The notes beneath the pieces were generated by a model. The model made no database searches and had not been told where the DNA came from. It saw only the letters and a program-made list of their open reading frames with translations. The position numbers were made by a program, and so were the translations under genes. This document shows positions 18,419-30,515 of a stretch of DNA of 64,000 nucleotides, one piece after another (positions within the stretch are counted from its first letter, which is position 1; every line of letters begins with the position of its first letter). The stretch lies in NCBI GenBank assembly GCA_963797555.1, contig CAWCPV010000003.1:896001-960000 (forward strand). Reading direction: 5' to 3'. The stretch comes from an uncultured Gammaproteobacteria bacterium (lineage in GTDB: Bacteria; Pseudomonadota; Gammaproteobacteria; CAWCPV01).

Positions 18419-18910
18419 ATGGTCCGCATGAGCAAACTCACTGACTACGGCACCGTCGTCATGAGCTACCTCGCCCGTCGGCCAAGCGAGCTTCACTCTG
18501 CGGGCGAGATCGCGGCGCACGTACACGTGGCGCTGCCCACCGTCAGCAAGGTGCTGAAGCTCTTGGCCCGCGATGGCCTGCTGGTGTCTTCCCGCGGAGC
18601 GCGCGGGGGCTACGGGTTGGCCCGGCCGGCAGAGGCCATCTCGATGGCTCAGATCATTCGCGCCATGGAGGGCCCCATCGCTCTCACGGAGTGCAGCGAC
18701 GAGGCTGGCAGGTGCGTCCAAGAAGCCCTCTGCTCCATCGGGGGCCACTGGCAACGCATCAACGAGGCCATGCAAGCGACCTTGGATGCCATCAAGTTGG
18801 CGGAAATGATCGAGCCGCTGCTGGCCAGGACCTCGGGGGTCCGCGTCGCCCAGCCGCAACGTTCGGCGGAGGATGTCCCATCTCCCCAGCCAAGCGATGT
18901 CGAACACTGA
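18419..18910 (+). CDS. Rrf2-family SUF-system transcriptional regulator
   Basis: SKLTDYG...VSKVLKLL...[14 protein letters not shown] wHTH with EC...C.....C cluster ligands; first gene of the suf operon. Confidence 0.9.
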   Translation: MVRMSKLTDYGTVVMSYLARRPSELHSAGEIAAHVHVALPTVSKVLKLLARDGLLVSSRGARGGYGLARPAEAISMAQIIRAMEGPIALTECSDEAGRCVQEALCSIGGHWQRINEAMQATLDAIKLAEMIEPLLARTSGVRVAQPQRSAEDVPSPQPSDVEH

Positions 18911-18932
18911 GATACGGACCCTGGAGACTCTT

Positions 18933-20378
18933 ATGGCCACATCGACCCAAGACATCAACGCACTTCTGAGCCGCAGGTACAAGCACGGATTCGTGACCGA
19001 CATTGATGCCGACACCGTGCCCCCCGGACTCAACGAGGAGGTAATCCGGGTCATCTCCGCCAAGAAGAACGAGCCGGAGTTCATGCTGCAATGGCGACTC
19101 AAGGCCTACCGCCACTGGCTCACGATGCCGCAGCCGAGATGGGCTCACCTGAAGATCGACCCCATCGACTTTCAGGCGATCAGCTACTACGCCGCTCCGA
19201 GGGTCAAGGAGGGGCCGAAGAGCCTGGGCGAGGTCGATCCCGAGTTGCTGCGCACCTACGAGAAGCTCGGCATCCCGCTCAAGGAGCAGGAGATGTTGGC
19301 AGGTGTGGCGGTGGACGCGGTGTTCGACAGCGTGTCCGTGGCGACCACCTTCAAGGACAAGCTGGCGAAGATGGGCATCATCTTCGGCTCCTTCTCCGAT
19401 GCGGTGCGGGAGCATCCCGAGCTGGTGGAGAAGTACCTCGGGTCGGTGGTCCCATACACCGACAACTTCTTCGCCACACTCAACTCGGCGGTATTCAGCG
19501 ACGGCTCCTTCGCCTACATCCCCAGGGGGGTGCGCTGCCCGATGGAGCTCTCCACCTACTTCCGAATCAACGCCAAGTCCACCGGCCAGTTCGAGCGCAC
19601 CCTGATCGTCGCCGATGAGGGTAGCTACGTAAGCTATCTGGAGGGCTGCACTGCACCGATGCGCGACGAGAACCAACTGCACGCCGCGGTGGTGGAGCTG
19701 GTCGCGCTGGAGGGCGCCCAAATCAAGTATTCCACGGTACAGAACTGGTACCCGGGGGACGAGGAGGGCCGCGGCGGAATCTACAACTTCGTCACCAAGC
19801 GGGGCGAGTGCCGAGGCGCTAATTCCAAGGTCTCTTGGACCCAAGTCGAGACCGGCTCCGCCATCACCTGGAAATATCCGAGCTGCGTACTCACTGGAGA
19901 CAACTCGGTGGGCGAGTTCTACTCGGTGGCACTCACCAACCACCGGCAACAGGCCGACACCGGAACGAAGATGGTGCACATTGGCAAGAACACGCGATCC
20001 ACCATCCTCTCCAAGGGGATCTCGGCAGGGCGCGGCCAGAACACCTACCGCGGGCTGGTAAAAGTCACCAAGGGGGCCGAGAGCGCCCGCAACTACACCC
20101 AGTGCGACTCCATGCTCCTCGGCAGCCGCTGCGGCGCGCACACCTTCCCCTACATCGAGGTGGCCAACCCCACAGCCAAGGTGGAGCACGAGGCATCCAC
20201 CTCGAAGATCAGCGACGACCAACTGTTCTACTGCATGCAGCGGGGCATCAGCTCCGAGGACGCGGTGTCGATGATCGTCAACGGCTTCTGTAAAGCAGTC
20301 TTCAAGGAGCTGCCGATGGAATTCGCAGTCGAGGCCCAGAAGCTTCTCGGGGTGAGCCTGGAAGGGAGCATTGGCTAA
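18933..20378 (+). CDS. sufB: Fe-S cluster assembly protein SufB
   Basis: [25 protein letters not shown] and EHEASTSKI. Start trimmed to ATG 18933. Confidence 0.97.
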   Translation: MATSTQDINALLSRRYKHGFVTDIDADTVPPGLNEEVIRVISAKKNEPEFMLQWRLKAYRHWLTMPQPRWAHLKIDPIDFQAISYYAAPRVKEGPKSLGEVDPELLRTYEKLGIPLKEQEMLAGVAVDAVFDSVSVATTFKDKLAKMGIIFGSFSDAVREHPELVEKYLGSVVPYTDNFFATLNSAVFSDGSFAYIPRGVRCPMELSTYFRINAKSTGQFERTLIVADEGSYVSYLEGCTAPMRDENQLHAAVVELVALEGAQIKYSTVQNWYPGDEEGRGGIYNFVTKRGECRGANSKVSWTQVETGSAITWKYPSCVLTGDNSVGEFYSVALTNHRQQADTGTKMVHIGKNTRSTILSKGISAGRGQNTYRGLVKVTKGAESARNYTQCDSMLLGSRCGAHTFPYIEVANPTAKVEHEASTSKISDDQLFYCMQRGISSEDAVSMIVNGFCKAVFKELPMEFAVEAQKLLGVSLEGSIG

Positions 20379-20433
20379 GAGATCGGGAAGACGGTTCAAC
20401 GGATTCATATCATTCGAAAGAGGTCAAAGGCGC

Positions 20434-21207
20434 ATGCTGTCCATCAAGAATCTGCACGCGAGCGTGAACGGTAAGCCCATCCTCAAGGGCATCGACTTGG
20501 AGGTCCGCCGGGGCGAGGTGCACGCCATCATGGGCCCCAACGGCTCGGGTAAGAGCACCCTGTCCCACGTCCTAGCCGGGCGCGCGGGCTACGAGGTCAC
20601 CGACGGCGAGGTGCTGTACGAGGGTCGCGATCTATTGGAGATGGCGCCCGAGCAGCGCGCTCGGGAGGGTATCTTCCTCGCCTTCCAGTACCCGGTGGAA
20701 ATTCCTGGCGTCAGCAACATCTACCTGCTCAAGGCCGCCGTCAACGCCATCCGCAAGCATCGGGGCGAGGTGGAGCTGGACGCGATGGACTTTCTCACCC
20801 TGGTCAAGGAGCGCACCCGGCTGGTAGAGATGGACGAGTCGTTCCTTTACCGGGCGGTTAACGAAGGCTTCTCCGGCGGCGAGAAGAAGCGTAACGAGGT
20901 GTTCCAAATGGCGGTGCTGGAGCCCAAGCTCGCGGTCATGGACGAGACCGACTCCGGACTCGACATCGACGCCCTGAAGATCGTGGCCAACGGCGTCAAT
21001 GCGATGCGCGGCCCGGAGCGCGCATTCGTCCTGGTCACCCATTACCAGCGCCTCCTGGACTACATCGTGCCGGACTTCGTCCACGTCCTGGCCGCAGGCC
21101 GCATCATAAAGTCGGGTACCCGGGAGCTGGCCCACGAACTGGAGGCCAAGGGTTACGGGTGGCTCGAGAAGGAGCCGGAGACGGCTGGGGCGGGGGTGAT
21201 GGGATGA
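20434..21207 (+). CDS. sufC: Fe-S cluster assembly ATPase SufC
   Basis: [28 protein letters not shown] and [12 protein letters not shown]. Confidence 0.97.
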   Translation: MLSIKNLHASVNGKPILKGIDLEVRRGEVHAIMGPNGSGKSTLSHVLAGRAGYEVTDGEVLYEGRDLLEMAPEQRAREGIFLAFQYPVEIPGVSNIYLLKAAVNAIRKHRGEVELDAMDFLTLVKERTRLVEMDESFLYRAVNEGFSGGEKKRNEVFQMAVLEPKLAVMDETDSGLDIDALKIVANGVNAMRGPERAFVLVTHYQRLLDYIVPDFVHVLAAGRIIKSGTRELAHELEAKGYGWLEKEPETAGAGVMG

Positions 21208-22547
21208 GCGGCCCGGCGTCGAACGGCATCGATCGCTATCTGCGCAGCTATGCGGATCGCCGAGCGACCCTGCCCGGCCGCTCGCTCCCGTGGATACAGG
21301 GACTGCGCGAGGAGGCACTGGCAAACTTCCGCGACCGGGGGTTCCCCACAACGCGCGAGGAGGAGTGGAAATATACCCGCGTGGCAGCCATCGAGAACGG
21401 GGACTTTGTGCCTGCGCATAACGGCGTGGATCGGATCGATGGGAGCTGGGTCGCCGCGCGGACCCTCGGCGACCCGGGACCTCACCTCATGGTGTTCGTC
21501 GACGGCCGTTTCGCGCCGGGATTGTCCCGTCTCAATAGCCTCCCGGGATCCGTGCAGGTGCGGAGCCTGGCCGAGGCACTGGAGAGCGAGCCGGACTTAG
21601 TCCAGCCCTACCTGGGCCGGCAAGCGGACAGTAGGCGGCATGGATTCGCAGCGCTGAATACGGCGCTAATGGCGGACGGCGCGTGCGTCATCGTGCCCCA
21701 CGGGGTGAGCCTCGAGGAGCCCATCCAGATAGTGTTTATCGGCGGCGTCCAAGGGAACACCGGTGCCTACATCCGAAACCTGTACGTGGCCGAGGCAGAC
21801 GGTCGGGCCACCATCGTCGAGACCTATGTAGGCTTCGACGACACCGCCTACCTCACCAGCGCGGTAACGGAGACGGTCTTGGGGCGGAACGCCGTGCTCC
21901 ACCATTACAAGCTGCAGCAGGAAAGCATGAAGGCCCACCACATTGCCGCGCTGCACCTCCATCAGGCGCGGGACAGCCAGCTCCAGGCTCACAGCTTCTC
22001 ATTGGGGGGGCTGCTTGCCCGCCACGAGATCAACGCCGTGCTCGCGGAAGAGGGGGTGCACTGCGCACTGAACGGTCTTTATCTGGCCGACGGCCGCCGA
22101 CAAGTGGACACCTACCTGTTCGTCGACCACGCCCGGCCGCACGGCACCAGCCGCGAGGAGTTCAAGGGCGTCGTTGGCGGCCGCGCCCGCGCGGTATTCA
22201 ATGGGAAGGTGCTGGTGCGCCAGGACGCCCAGCAGACGGACGCCCATATGAGCAACAAGAACCTCTTGCTGTCCAAGGACGCGGAGGCCGACACACGACC
22301 CCAACTGGAGATCTACGCCGACGACGTGCGCTGCACTCATGGCGCCACGGTGGGACAGCTCGACGAGGACGCGCTCTTCTATCTGCGCTCCCGCGGCATC
22401 GCCGAGCAGACCGCCCGGGGTTTCCTCATCTTCGGCTTCGCCCACGACATTATCGACCGTATCCCGGACGCCAAGGTGCGAAGCGGTCTGGCGCGGTTGG
22501 TCGTCGGTCATCTACCCAACCACGACCAAATGAAGGACCTTCTATGA
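21204..22547 (+). CDS. sufD: Fe-S cluster assembly protein SufD
   Basis: EEWKYT, AVFNGK and [22 protein letters not shown]. Confidence 0.95.
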   Translation: MSGPASNGIDRYLRSYADRRATLPGRSLPWIQGLREEALANFRDRGFPTTREEEWKYTRVAAIENGDFVPAHNGVDRIDGSWVAARTLGDPGPHLMVFVDGRFAPGLSRLNSLPGSVQVRSLAEALESEPDLVQPYLGRQADSRRHGFAALNTALMADGACVIVPHGVSLEEPIQIVFIGGVQGNTGAYIRNLYVAEADGRATIVETYVGFDDTAYLTSAVTETVLGRNAVLHHYKLQQESMKAHHIAALHLHQARDSQLQAHSFSLGGLLARHEINAVLAEEGVHCALNGLYLADGRRQVDTYLFVDHARPHGTSREEFKGVVGGRARAVFNGKVLVRQDAQQTDAHMSNKNLLLSKDAEADTRPQLEIYADDVRCTHGATVGQLDEDALFYLRSRGIAEQTARGFLIFGFAHDIIDRIPDAKVRSGLARLVVGHLPNHDQMKDLL

Positions 22548-23809
22548 GTGCCCAGGTGAAGCGGGTCGAGCCCACCGTGGCCCCATGTCCTGCCTATGAC
22601 GTGGGGCGGGTGCGGGAGGACTTCCCGGCATTGCACCAGACCGTCCATGGGCGCCCCCTGGTCTACCTGGACAACGGAGCCACGAGCCAGAAGCCCAACG
22701 CGGTGATCGAGGCATTGGCGGACTATTACCGCCGCTACAATGCCAATGTCCACCGCGGCGTCCACCAGTTGAGTCAGCTGGCCACCGAAGCGTACGAAGG
22801 AGCCCGCACGCGCGTGGCGGCCTTCATCCATGCCCGCAGTGCACGGGAGATGGTCTTCGTGCGCGGAGCGACCGAAGGGATCAATCTGGTAGCCCAGACC
22901 TACGGCCGGCAAAACCTGCGGGCCGGCGACGAGATCCTGCTCACCGAGATGGAGCATCACTCCAACATCGTTCCCTGGCAGATGCTATGCGAGCATACCG
23001 GAGCGGTCTTGAGGGTGGCCTCCATCAACGACGCCGGCGAGGTGAACCTGGCCCACTTCGAGTCCCTGCTAAGCGACCGCACACGCTTGGTGGCCGTGGG
23101 CCACATGTCCAATGCCCTGGGAACTATCAACCCGGTGCGCCGCATGGCGCGCTTGGCCCATGCTGCGGGCGCCAAGGTGCTCGTCGACGGTGCCCAGGCG
23201 GTTCCCCACCTGCCGGTGGACGTGCAGGCCCTGGACTGTGACTTCTATGTCCTGTCTGGGCACAAGCTCTACGGACCGACCGGCGTAGGCATCATCTATG
23301 GAAAGCTGGAGCTGCTGGAGGCGATGCCGCCTTACCAAGGGGGCGGAGACATGATCCGCATGGTCAGCTTCGACAAGACCGTGTACAACGACGTGCCGTT
23401 CAAGTTCGAGGCCGGTACCCCGCACATCGCCGGCGCCATCGGTCTCGCGGCCGCGCTCGACTACTTGAACGGACTGGGATTGGATGCGGTCGCGCGCCAT
23501 GAGAGCGACCTCTTGGATTACGCCACCGACGCTCTGAGCGCTATCAAGGGCCTGCGCATCATCGGCAACGCTCGCGAAAAGGGAGCAATCCTCTCCTTCG
23601 TGCTCAGCCGGGCGCATCCCCACGACATTGGCACTATCATGGACCACGAAGGGGTGGCCATACGGGCTGGGCACCACTGCGCCATGCCGGTGATGCAGCA
23701 TTTCCGAGTCCCCGCGACAGTCCGCGCCTCGTTCGCCTGTTACAACACCCGTGAAGAGGTGGATCGGCTGGTGCAGGCCATCGATAAAGTTCGAGATCTC
23801 TTTCCCTGA
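22544..23809 (+). CDS. sufS: Cysteine desulfurase SufS
   Basis: YLDNGATSQKP, PLP lysine SGHKLYGPTG and IRAGHHCA. Start trimmed to ATG 22544, overlapping the sufD stop. Confidence 0.96.
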   Translation: MSAQVKRVEPTVAPCPAYDVGRVREDFPALHQTVHGRPLVYLDNGATSQKPNAVIEALADYYRRYNANVHRGVHQLSQLATEAYEGARTRVAAFIHARSAREMVFVRGATEGINLVAQTYGRQNLRAGDEILLTEMEHHSNIVPWQMLCEHTGAVLRVASINDAGEVNLAHFESLLSDRTRLVAVGHMSNALGTINPVRRMARLAHAAGAKVLVDGAQAVPHLPVDVQALDCDFYVLSGHKLYGPTGVGIIYGKLELLEAMPPYQGGGDMIRMVSFDKTVYNDVPFKFEAGTPHIAGAIGLAAALDYLNGLGLDAVARHESDLLDYATDALSAIKGLRIIGNAREKGAILSFVLSRAHPHDIGTIMDHEGVAIRAGHHCAMPVMQHFRVPATVRASFACYNTREEVDRLVQAIDKVRDLFP

Positions 23810-23881
23810 TGACCGCTGGAGGCGCGTCGCTCGGTCCAGACGGAGATCTATCGCCGCGGTCGCGCCTCTGAGGAGACAGAC

Positions 23882-24226
23882 ATGAGCACGGAGCAGTCCG
23901 AATCAGCAGCGGGTGGCGAAACCGAGGATCTGAAACCTCGCGTCATCGACGCGCTGCGCACGGTTTACGACCCGGAGATCCCGATCAACATCTACGACCT
24001 CGGCCTCATCTACGAGCTTCAGATCGAGTCCGGCGGTCACGTGGCCATCCGCATGACCCTGACGGCCCCAGGCTGTCCCGTGGCGCAGACCTTCCCGGCG
24101 ACGGTAGAGGGGACGGTGCGGGCCGTTGACGGAGTCGTCGACGCCGAGGTCGAGTTGGTCTGGGACCCCCCCTGGACTATGGAACGCATGTCCGAGGCTG
24201 CGCGGCTGCAGCTTGGGATGCTCTAG
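23882..24226 (+). CDS. DUF59/SufT-like Fe-S assembly protein
   Basis: VYDPEIPINIYDLGLIY, MTLTAPGCP and LVWDPPW. Confidence 0.9.
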   Translation: MSTEQSESAAGGETEDLKPRVIDALRTVYDPEIPINIYDLGLIYELQIESGGHVAIRMTLTAPGCPVAQTFPATVEGTVRAVDGVVDAEVELVWDPPWTMERMSEAARLQLGML

Positions 24227-24294
24227 AATCGGACTCAGGCGCCGCAAGGACTCGGCCCGGCAAGAGCGCTGCGTTGCCGAAGAGGAAGGCGCCC

Positions 24295-24616
24295 GTGGCG
24301 GATTGGGTAGACGTGGCACGTGTGGACGAGTTCCCGCCCGGGACTTGGCGGGTGGTGGAGGTGGAGGGCGCGCTGATAGCAGTATTCAACCTCGAAGGGG
24401 CGTACTACGCCATCGAGGACGTTCTGCACCCACGACGGCAGCACGCTGACTGGCGGGGATATCGAAGGAGAGGTGATCGTCTGTCCGCGCCACGGGGCGA
24501 AGTTCTCCATCAAGACGGGGGAGGTGCTCGCACCGCCCGCGTACGAGTCTGTCTCCATCTTCCCAGTGCGTACCGAAGGCGGCAAGGTGCAGGTCAAGGA
24601 CGACCGCTGGGACTGA
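24295..24616 (+). CDS. Rieske [2Fe-2S] ferredoxin with one extra base near 24422
   Basis: YAIEDV is followed after a +1 slip by CTHDG...CPRHGAKF...PPAYE and a TGA at 24614-16. The span is 322 nt (321+1). Confidence 0.8.
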
Positions 24617-24670
24617 GAGTTTGTGAACAAAGCTGCTGCGCGTCCCGATGGCGGCGTTGCGCGGTGTTCA
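24617..24670. repeat. MITE-like element, copy 2 (left half only)
   Basis: GAGTTTGTGAACAAAGCTGCTGCGCGTCCCGATGGCGGCGTTGCGC aligns with copy 3 (AGCTCGTGAATAAATCTGCTTCGTCCCGATGGCGGGGTTGCGC). Confidence 0.6.
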
Positions 24671-24698
24671 TGGCATGCTTCCCTGTCCGCCACCCCTT

Positions 24699-25165
24699 TG
24701 GGGCGTCCCGGGGCGCTGGGCACCCCGAGACCGCGAGGGCGGCGGAGGCTGTTCTCCTGGAGGGCGGAAACGCGTTCGACGCATGTCTCGCCGCCCACCT
24801 CACCGCTTGCATCGCCGAGCCGTTGCTGACCTCGCTCGGCCGCAGTTCCCTGCTCACTCGCACCGCATCAGGCCGCGACATCCTGTTACGACTTCTTCCC
24901 GCAAACGCCGCTGCGCGCAATAGCTACGGCAGAGATCGATTTCTATCCGATCCACGCGAACTTCGGGACCGTGACCCAGGAGTTTCATATCGGCCTGGGC
25001 GCGATCGCTACTCCTGGCATCGTCAGGGGCCTGTTTGCCGTACACCGGGACCTCGCTAGCATGCCCATGGCGCGCATCGTCGAGCCTGCCGTGCGGTGCG
25101 CCCGCGAAGGCGTGGTAGTCAATGCCCTCCAGGCCTATACGCTGTCGGTGGTCAGTCCCAATCTA
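24699..25165 (+). pseudogene. ggt: Gamma-glutamyltransferase N-terminal remnant
   Basis: AGHPETARAAEAVLLEGGNAFDA...EPLLTSLG, then frameshifted DFFPQTP...QEFHIGLGAIATPGIVRGL...EPAVRCAREG. No clear start codon; the remainder of the gene is absent. Confidence 0.75.
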
Positions 25166-25372
25166 TCGCTATCGGGCCACGCCGGCCCGCCCGCGCTTTG
25201 TGGGGCAGCGCGCTGGACCATGGGCGCTTCCCGGAGACCAAGGAGGTGAAACTCCTGCCGGACTGTATCGCGCCTGAAAAGAGCCTCAGGCACTGCGCTC
25301 GCCGGAGAGCTCTTCACGAGTTCGGCCTGGAGGCGACCACCGGTCGATTCGGGGGGCAGGCGTCGTTTGCGA

Positions 25373-26437
25373 TCAAGTCCCGGCCGATGCCGTTAGAAGG
25401 GTCCCCGTGAGATGCACGCTGCCCGGCTCCCCGAGTCGTCTCCCGATCTCGATCTGTACCGGCAAGGCTCGCCTGATCACCTCGGCGGCGGTCAGAAGAT
25501 GCTGCGTTATCTCCGCCGTTCGCAGCAGCGGCGCGCCGGGCACGACCGACGGCGGCAGCAGCAGTTGGTCGGCGAAATAGCGGTCCAGCGCCGCGCCCGT
25601 CTCCAGGAATGCAAACACCTCGTCCGCCCCCTCCTCGGCCACACGCTCGGCGGGCTTGCCACGCTCACCCAAGGCAAAGCAGCAGAAGCTGGTGTGAGCA
25701 AACTGGGCGGACAGCCAGCAGCATGGTCCTCGGGGAACCTCCAGGCAGGCTGACCAGATTCATCTCCAAGTTCTCGCAGACTCCGCAAAGCCGTTGCAGG
25801 GCACGCAAACGCTGTCGGCCGGCAATCTCCGGGTCGAGATTGCAGACCGCCGCCACACCACGGAGGTAACGCGCGGCGGCCACGCTCGGTCAAGTCCAGT
25901 CAGCCGGGTCGCCGGACGGATTTCGGCCAGAATGGCCCCGCCGTCGCGCGGATAGAAACCCGCCTGCTCCACCGGTAAGGCTGCCCCGTAACCGATGCAC
26001 GCGACAGCGGGCAGCCACTGCCTTTCCAGGTAGTGGTAGCAGGGGCTCCGAGGCACGTAGGTGCCGCCCGTGATAGTGGACTTCCGAGCCTACGCTCGCC
26101 AAGGCGAGAGGCAAGAAGATGGTCGGGAGTACCATAGAGGTGGCGCCAGCGGTCCCGACGTGGAAGCGGTAATGACCCTGACGCACGGATCCCGGTAAAG
26201 AAACTCAGCTCACGCGCGCCCAGCCTCGCCCCCTCGAAACGTCCGTCACAGTTGGCAGCGGCGGCTTCGACGGCCTTGAGGTGCTGCGGCATTAATTAAC
26301 CTCGGCGTAGCGCGCCGCGCGCGGATGTTGGTGACACGCAGCGGCGTTGACGTCAGCACCGAGAGCGCGAGGGCCGTTCTCAGCACTTGGCCGCCGCCCT
26401 CCGCCCGCGAGCCGTCGATGGCGAGCATTGCGGCCAT
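25373..26437 (-). pseudogene. rtcA: RNA 3'-terminal phosphate cyclase, multiply frameshifted
   Basis: [53 protein letters not shown] and ADQL...QHLLT are spread over six ORF pieces. Confidence 0.85.
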
Positions 26438-26451
26438 GGTATTCTGAGCGG

Positions 26452-27336
26452 GTGCCGTGGATTCAGATCAGATTCGAGGTGCCACGGGACGACGCCGAAG
26501 GCCTCTCGGAAACCCTCGAGGCGGCGGGCGCGCTCGCGGTTGGGCTGGAGGATGCACGAGACGAGCCACTGTACGAGCCGGCGCCCGGCACTATACCACT
26601 ACCACTGTGGCCGTTGACCCGTCTGGTTGCCCTTTTCGAGGAGGGGACGGACGTTGCGAAGGTGCTGAAGACACTGAGCATCACCCTTGTAGCGGGGGTG
26701 CCGACACCGGTCAGGATCGCGGCGGTGGAGGAACGGGACTGGCAACGGGAATGCCAGGAGAACTTCACACCTCAGCTGTTCGCGGACCGGCTGTGGGTGT
26801 GCCGCACTTGGCACCGACCGCCCGACGGCCCAGCGAAACACGTCATTCTGGACCCGGGACTGGCGTTCGGGACGGGAAGCCACGCTACGACGGCTCTGTG
26901 CCTGGAATGGCTCGCAGCGCAGTCACTCGAACGGGCCACCGTGGTCGATTACGGGTGTGGCTCCGGCATCCTGGGAATCGGGGCGGCGCGGCTTGGTGCG
27001 GATGTCGTGTGGGCGGTGGACATTGATTCCCAGGCGCTCACCGCCACTGCCGAGAACGCTCGCTTGAACGGCGTCGACGGGCAAATGTGCGTGGCGGCCC
27101 CGGAAGCGCTGTCGGCAGTAATCGCGGACGTTGTGGTCGCCAACATCCTGGCGTCTCCACTCACCGCCCTGGCCCGCCGCTTCGCGCGGCTGCTGCATAC
27201 CGGCGGTCGAATCGCCCTGTCGGGCATCCTCGAAGCACAGGCCACGGGGGTCCAGTTGGCCTACGAGCCCTGGTTCTCGTTCGGGGACGCAGCGCAGCGG
27301 GAAGGGTGGGTGCGTTTGCAGGGGGTGCGCCGGTAG
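26452..27336 (+). CDS. prmA: Ribosomal protein L11 methyltransferase
   Basis: [24 protein letters not shown] and VANILA; upstream of dusB-fis. Confidence 0.93.
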   Translation: MPWIQIRFEVPRDDAEGLSETLEAAGALAVGLEDARDEPLYEPAPGTIPLPLWPLTRLVALFEEGTDVAKVLKTLSITLVAGVPTPVRIAAVEERDWQRECQENFTPQLFADRLWVCRTWHRPPDGPAKHVILDPGLAFGTGSHATTALCLEWLAAQSLERATVVDYGCGSGILGIGAARLGADVVWAVDIDSQALTATAENARLNGVDGQMCVAAPEALSAVIADVVVANILASPLTALARRFARLLHTGGRIALSGILEAQATGVQLAYEPWFSFGDAAQREGWVRLQGVRR

Positions 27337-27599
27337 CTTTTTACAGGTATGATTTTGGCCCCCCGTGACAACGGGATCGGCCCGCGGACGGACGACCCCG
27401 GCGGACGACGGCCCGTATCCCACCTCGGGACAGAGGCGCCTCTTGCGCCACGGGCACTGTAGTCCACAAGGGGACGGCGAGGGGTATGTGCGTTGGGGGA
27501 CAATGCCGCGAGTGCCGGTTGAGCCAGCGAGCCATGACACCCAGCGACCAGCGAATTCGGGCTTGGCCCACACCGGCTGCTGCTTCCCGGTCTGACCGC

Positions 27600-28592
27600 G
27601 TGCGCATCGGGCCGTTCCAGCTCCCCAATCGTCTGGCGCTCGCACCCATGGCCGGCGTTACCGACCGGCCTTTTCGGCAGCTCTGCAAGCAGTGGGGGGC
27701 GGGCCTCGCAGTCTCTGAGATGGTGTCCTGCAGCTCGTTGCTGTCGGGCAGTGAGAAGACTCAACGCCGCGCAAACCACGAGGGCGAAGGCGAGCCCAGA
27801 TCCGTTCAGATCGTCGGGGCGGACCCCCGTATGATGGCCGAAGCTGCCCGCTACAACGCGGACCGTGGGGCACAGATTATCGACATCAATATGGGTTGCC
27901 CGGCCAAGAAGGTGTGCAACGTCATGGCTGGCTCCGCCCTCATGCGGGATGAGCAGCTCGTCGCCTCGATATTGCGGGCCGTGGTAGCGGCAGTGAGCGT
28001 CCCGGTGACCCTAAAAATCCGCACCGGTTGGGATACGGCCCACCGCAATGGCGTTCGCATCGCTCAGATCGCAGAGGATTGCGGCGTTCAGGCGCTGGCG
28101 GTGCACGGCCGCACGCGCGCATGCGGCTTCTCCGGAGAGGCGGAGTACGGCACCATACGAGCGATCAAGCGGGCGGTGAAGCTGCCGGTGATCGCCAACG
28201 GCGACATCACGACGCCCGAGAAAGCGCAGCGTGTGCTCGACGACACCGGAGCCGACGCGCTGATGATCGGCCGCGCGGCCCAAGGCCGGCCCTGGATATT
28301 CTCGATGATTGACCATTATCTCACTACCGGTGAGGTGCCACCCGAGCCCTCCCCGGCCGAGGTTCGCGACACGATGCTCGCCCACCTGCACAACCTGTAC
28401 GCGTTCTACGGCGACCGTACGGGTGTCCTCGTCGGGCGCAAGCACCTGTCCTGGTACAGCAAAGGCAGCGTGGGAGGCGCGGCGTTCCGGCAGATGATTA
28501 ATCGAATCGAGACGACCCAAGAACAACTAAAGCTCGCCCGCGGGTTTTTCGAGCACGGGGAGCACCCACAGATGGAGGAGTTGGCCGCATGA
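27600..28592 (+). CDS. dusB: tRNA-dihydrouridine synthase B
   Basis: LAPMAGVTD, DINMGCPAKKV, VHGRTR and IANGDI; overlaps fis. Confidence 0.95.
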   Translation: MRIGPFQLPNRLALAPMAGVTDRPFRQLCKQWGAGLAVSEMVSCSSLLSGSEKTQRRANHEGEGEPRSVQIVGADPRMMAEAARYNADRGAQIIDINMGCPAKKVCNVMAGSALMRDEQLVASILRAVVAAVSVPVTLKIRTGWDTAHRNGVRIAQIAEDCGVQALAVHGRTRACGFSGEAEYGTIRAIKRAVKLPVIANGDITTPEKAQRVLDDTGADALMIGRAAQGRPWIFSMIDHYLTTGEVPPEPSPAEVRDTMLAHLHNLYAFYGDRTGVLVGRKHLSWYSKGSVGGAAFRQMINRIETTQEQLKLARGFFEHGEHPQMEELAA

Positions 28593-28888
28593 GCAGCCGA
28601 GCAAACAACATTCAGGCCGTTGCCGAGGACCACTGCGTTGCACCGGAACAGGCACACCAACCGCTGCGGCTGTGCGTGCAGCAGGCGCTGGAAACGTACT
28701 TCCAGCATCTCGATGGGCACCCGCCTCACGACCTGTACCAGTTCGTCATGGCCGAGGTCGAGCCGCCTTTGCTGGAGGTCACGTTGCGCTATTCCGCGGG
28801 GAACCAGAGCAGGGCTGCGGAGTTGCTGGGGATGAACCGCGGCACGCTCCGCAAGAAGCTACGCTACTACGGCATCGACAAGGCATGA
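28589..28888 (+). CDS. fis: DNA-binding protein Fis
   Basis: EVEPPLL...GNQSRAAELLGMNRGTLRKKL. Confidence 0.93.
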   Translation: MSSRANNIQAVAEDHCVAPEQAHQPLRLCVQQALETYFQHLDGHPPHDLYQFVMAEVEPPLLEVTLRYSAGNQSRAAELLGMNRGTLRKKLRYYGIDKA

Positions 28889-28931
28889 GTGAAGATAGGC
28901 CAATCAGGCGCTGCGACCGGGAGAGAGTGGC

Positions 28932-30515
28932 ATGAGCGACGCGGCCGGTTTGGTAATCCGGCGCGCACTCCTGAGTGTGTATGACAAGCGAGGCATCGCG
29001 GAGTTGGCGGCCGACCTGCACCGCCTCGGGGTGCAGCTATTGTCCACCGGCGGAACCGCCAAGCTATTGGCGGAAACTGGCGTACCGACGACGGAGGTGT
29101 CCGACTACACGGGATTCCCCGAGATCATGGATGGTCGTGTTAAGACGCTCCACCCGAAGATCCACGGGGGACTGTTGGGCAGACCCCGAGTCGACGACGA
29201 GGTGATGTCCCGCCATGGGATCGCACCCATCGATCTACTCGTGGTGAACCTCTATCCGTTCGTCGAGGTCACGGCCCGTTCCGACTGCGATCTGGCCATG
29301 GCCATCGAGCATATCGATGTCGGAGGCTCGGCGATGATTCGGGCCGCGGCCAAGAACCACGGGCGCGTTACCGTGCTGGTGGATCCGGACGACTATGCCC
29401 TGGTGCGGGGGGAGCTGAGATCCCACGGCGGGGCCGTGGGCGAGGCCACGCGTTACCACCTGGCCACCAAGGCGTTCCAGCACACAGCGGCGTACGATGG
29501 CGCCGTCGCCGCCTACCTGGGGAGCCGGCAAGCCGACAGCACTCGGCATGCGTTTCCGACAACCTGGCACCTACAGCTCACCAAGGCGATGGACCTCAGG
29601 TATGGCGAGAATCCTCATCAACGCGCTGCGTTCTACGTGGAACCCGACGCGCCGGCCGGCTGCATCGCCAGCGCGCGCCAGCTACTGGGCAAGGAACTGT
29701 CCTTTAACAATATCGCCGACGCCGATGCGTCCTTGGAGTGCGTCAAGTCCTTCGACGAGGGAGCCGCGTGTGTCATCGTCAAGCATGCCAACCCTTGTGG
29801 TGTCGCGCTTGGCGAGGTCCCGCTGGAGGCATACGAGCGGGCCTACGCCGTCGACCCGACCTCGGCCTTCGGCGGCGTCATCGCCTTCAACCGCCGGCTC
29901 GATGCCGCCACCGCGCGAGCCATCGTCGAGCGCCAGTTCGTCGAAGTGATCGTCGCGCCTGAAGTGACGGCGGATGCGTTGGCTATCTTGGCCACCAAGA
30001 AGAACCTGCGGGTGCTCGCCTGCGGCTGGTGGGCGCCACCCAGCGCGACGGACATCGATTATCGACGTGTCCTCGCAGGCATGCTGATCCAACAACGCGA
30101 CGTGCCGGCCACATCTCCGGGCCAGGGCAAGGTGGTGAGCCGGCGCGTCCCGTCCCCTCAGGAGTGGGACGACCTTTGGTTCGCCTGGAAGGTCGTGAGG
30201 TTCGTGAAGTCCAATGCCATCGTGTATGCGCGCGGCGCACAGACGGTCGGCATCGGGGCGGGGCAGATGAGTCGTGTCATGAGCGCCAAGATCGCGGCGC
30301 TGAAGGCCGACGAGGCCAAGCTCGGACCGTCCGGGGCGGTCATGGCCTCGGATGCGTTCTTCCCTTTCCGGGACAGCATCGACCAGGCCGCCGCCGCGGG
30401 AATCCGGGCCGTGATTCAGCCCGGAGGTTCGATACGCGACTCGGAGGTGGTCACCGCAGCCGACGAGCATGACATGGCCATGGTCTTCACCGGAATCCGC
30501 CATTTCCGTCATTAG
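28932..30515 (+). CDS. purH: Bifunctional AICAR transformylase/IMP cyclohydrolase
   Basis: [35 protein letters not shown] and RHFRH. Confidence 0.97.
   Translation: MSDAAGLVIRRALLSVYDKRGIAELAADLHRLGVQLLSTGGTAKLLAETGVPTTEVSDYTGFPEIMDGRVKTLHPKIHGGLLGRPRVDDEVMSRHGIAPIDLLVVNLYPFVEVTARSDCDLAMAIEHIDVGGSAMIRAAAKNHGRVTVLVDPDDYALVRGELRSHGGAVGEATRYHLATKAFQHTAAYDGAVAAYLGSRQADSTRHAFPTTWHLQLTKAMDLRYGENPHQRAAFYVEPDAPAGCIASARQLLGKELSFNNIADADASLECVKSFDEGAACVIVKHANPCGVALGEVPLEAYERAYAVDPTSAFGGVIAFNRRLDAATARAIVERQFVEVIVAPEVTADALAILATKKNLRVLACGWWAPPSATDIDYRRVLAGMLIQQRDVPATSPGQGKVVSRRVPSPQEWDDLWFAWKVVRFVKSNAIVYARGAQTVGIGAGQMSRVMSAKIAALKADEAKLGPSGAVMASDAFFPFRDSIDQAAAAGIRAVIQPGGSIRDSEVVTAADEHDMAMVFTGIRHFRH

Noticed and set aside
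18792-20408. 538-aa minus-strand ORF
   Set aside because: Antisense shadow of sufB.
21683-22543. Apparent N-terminal extension making SufS 708 aa
   Set aside because: It is an alternative frame over sufD. The SufS sequence begins at ATG 22544, overlapping the sufD stop.
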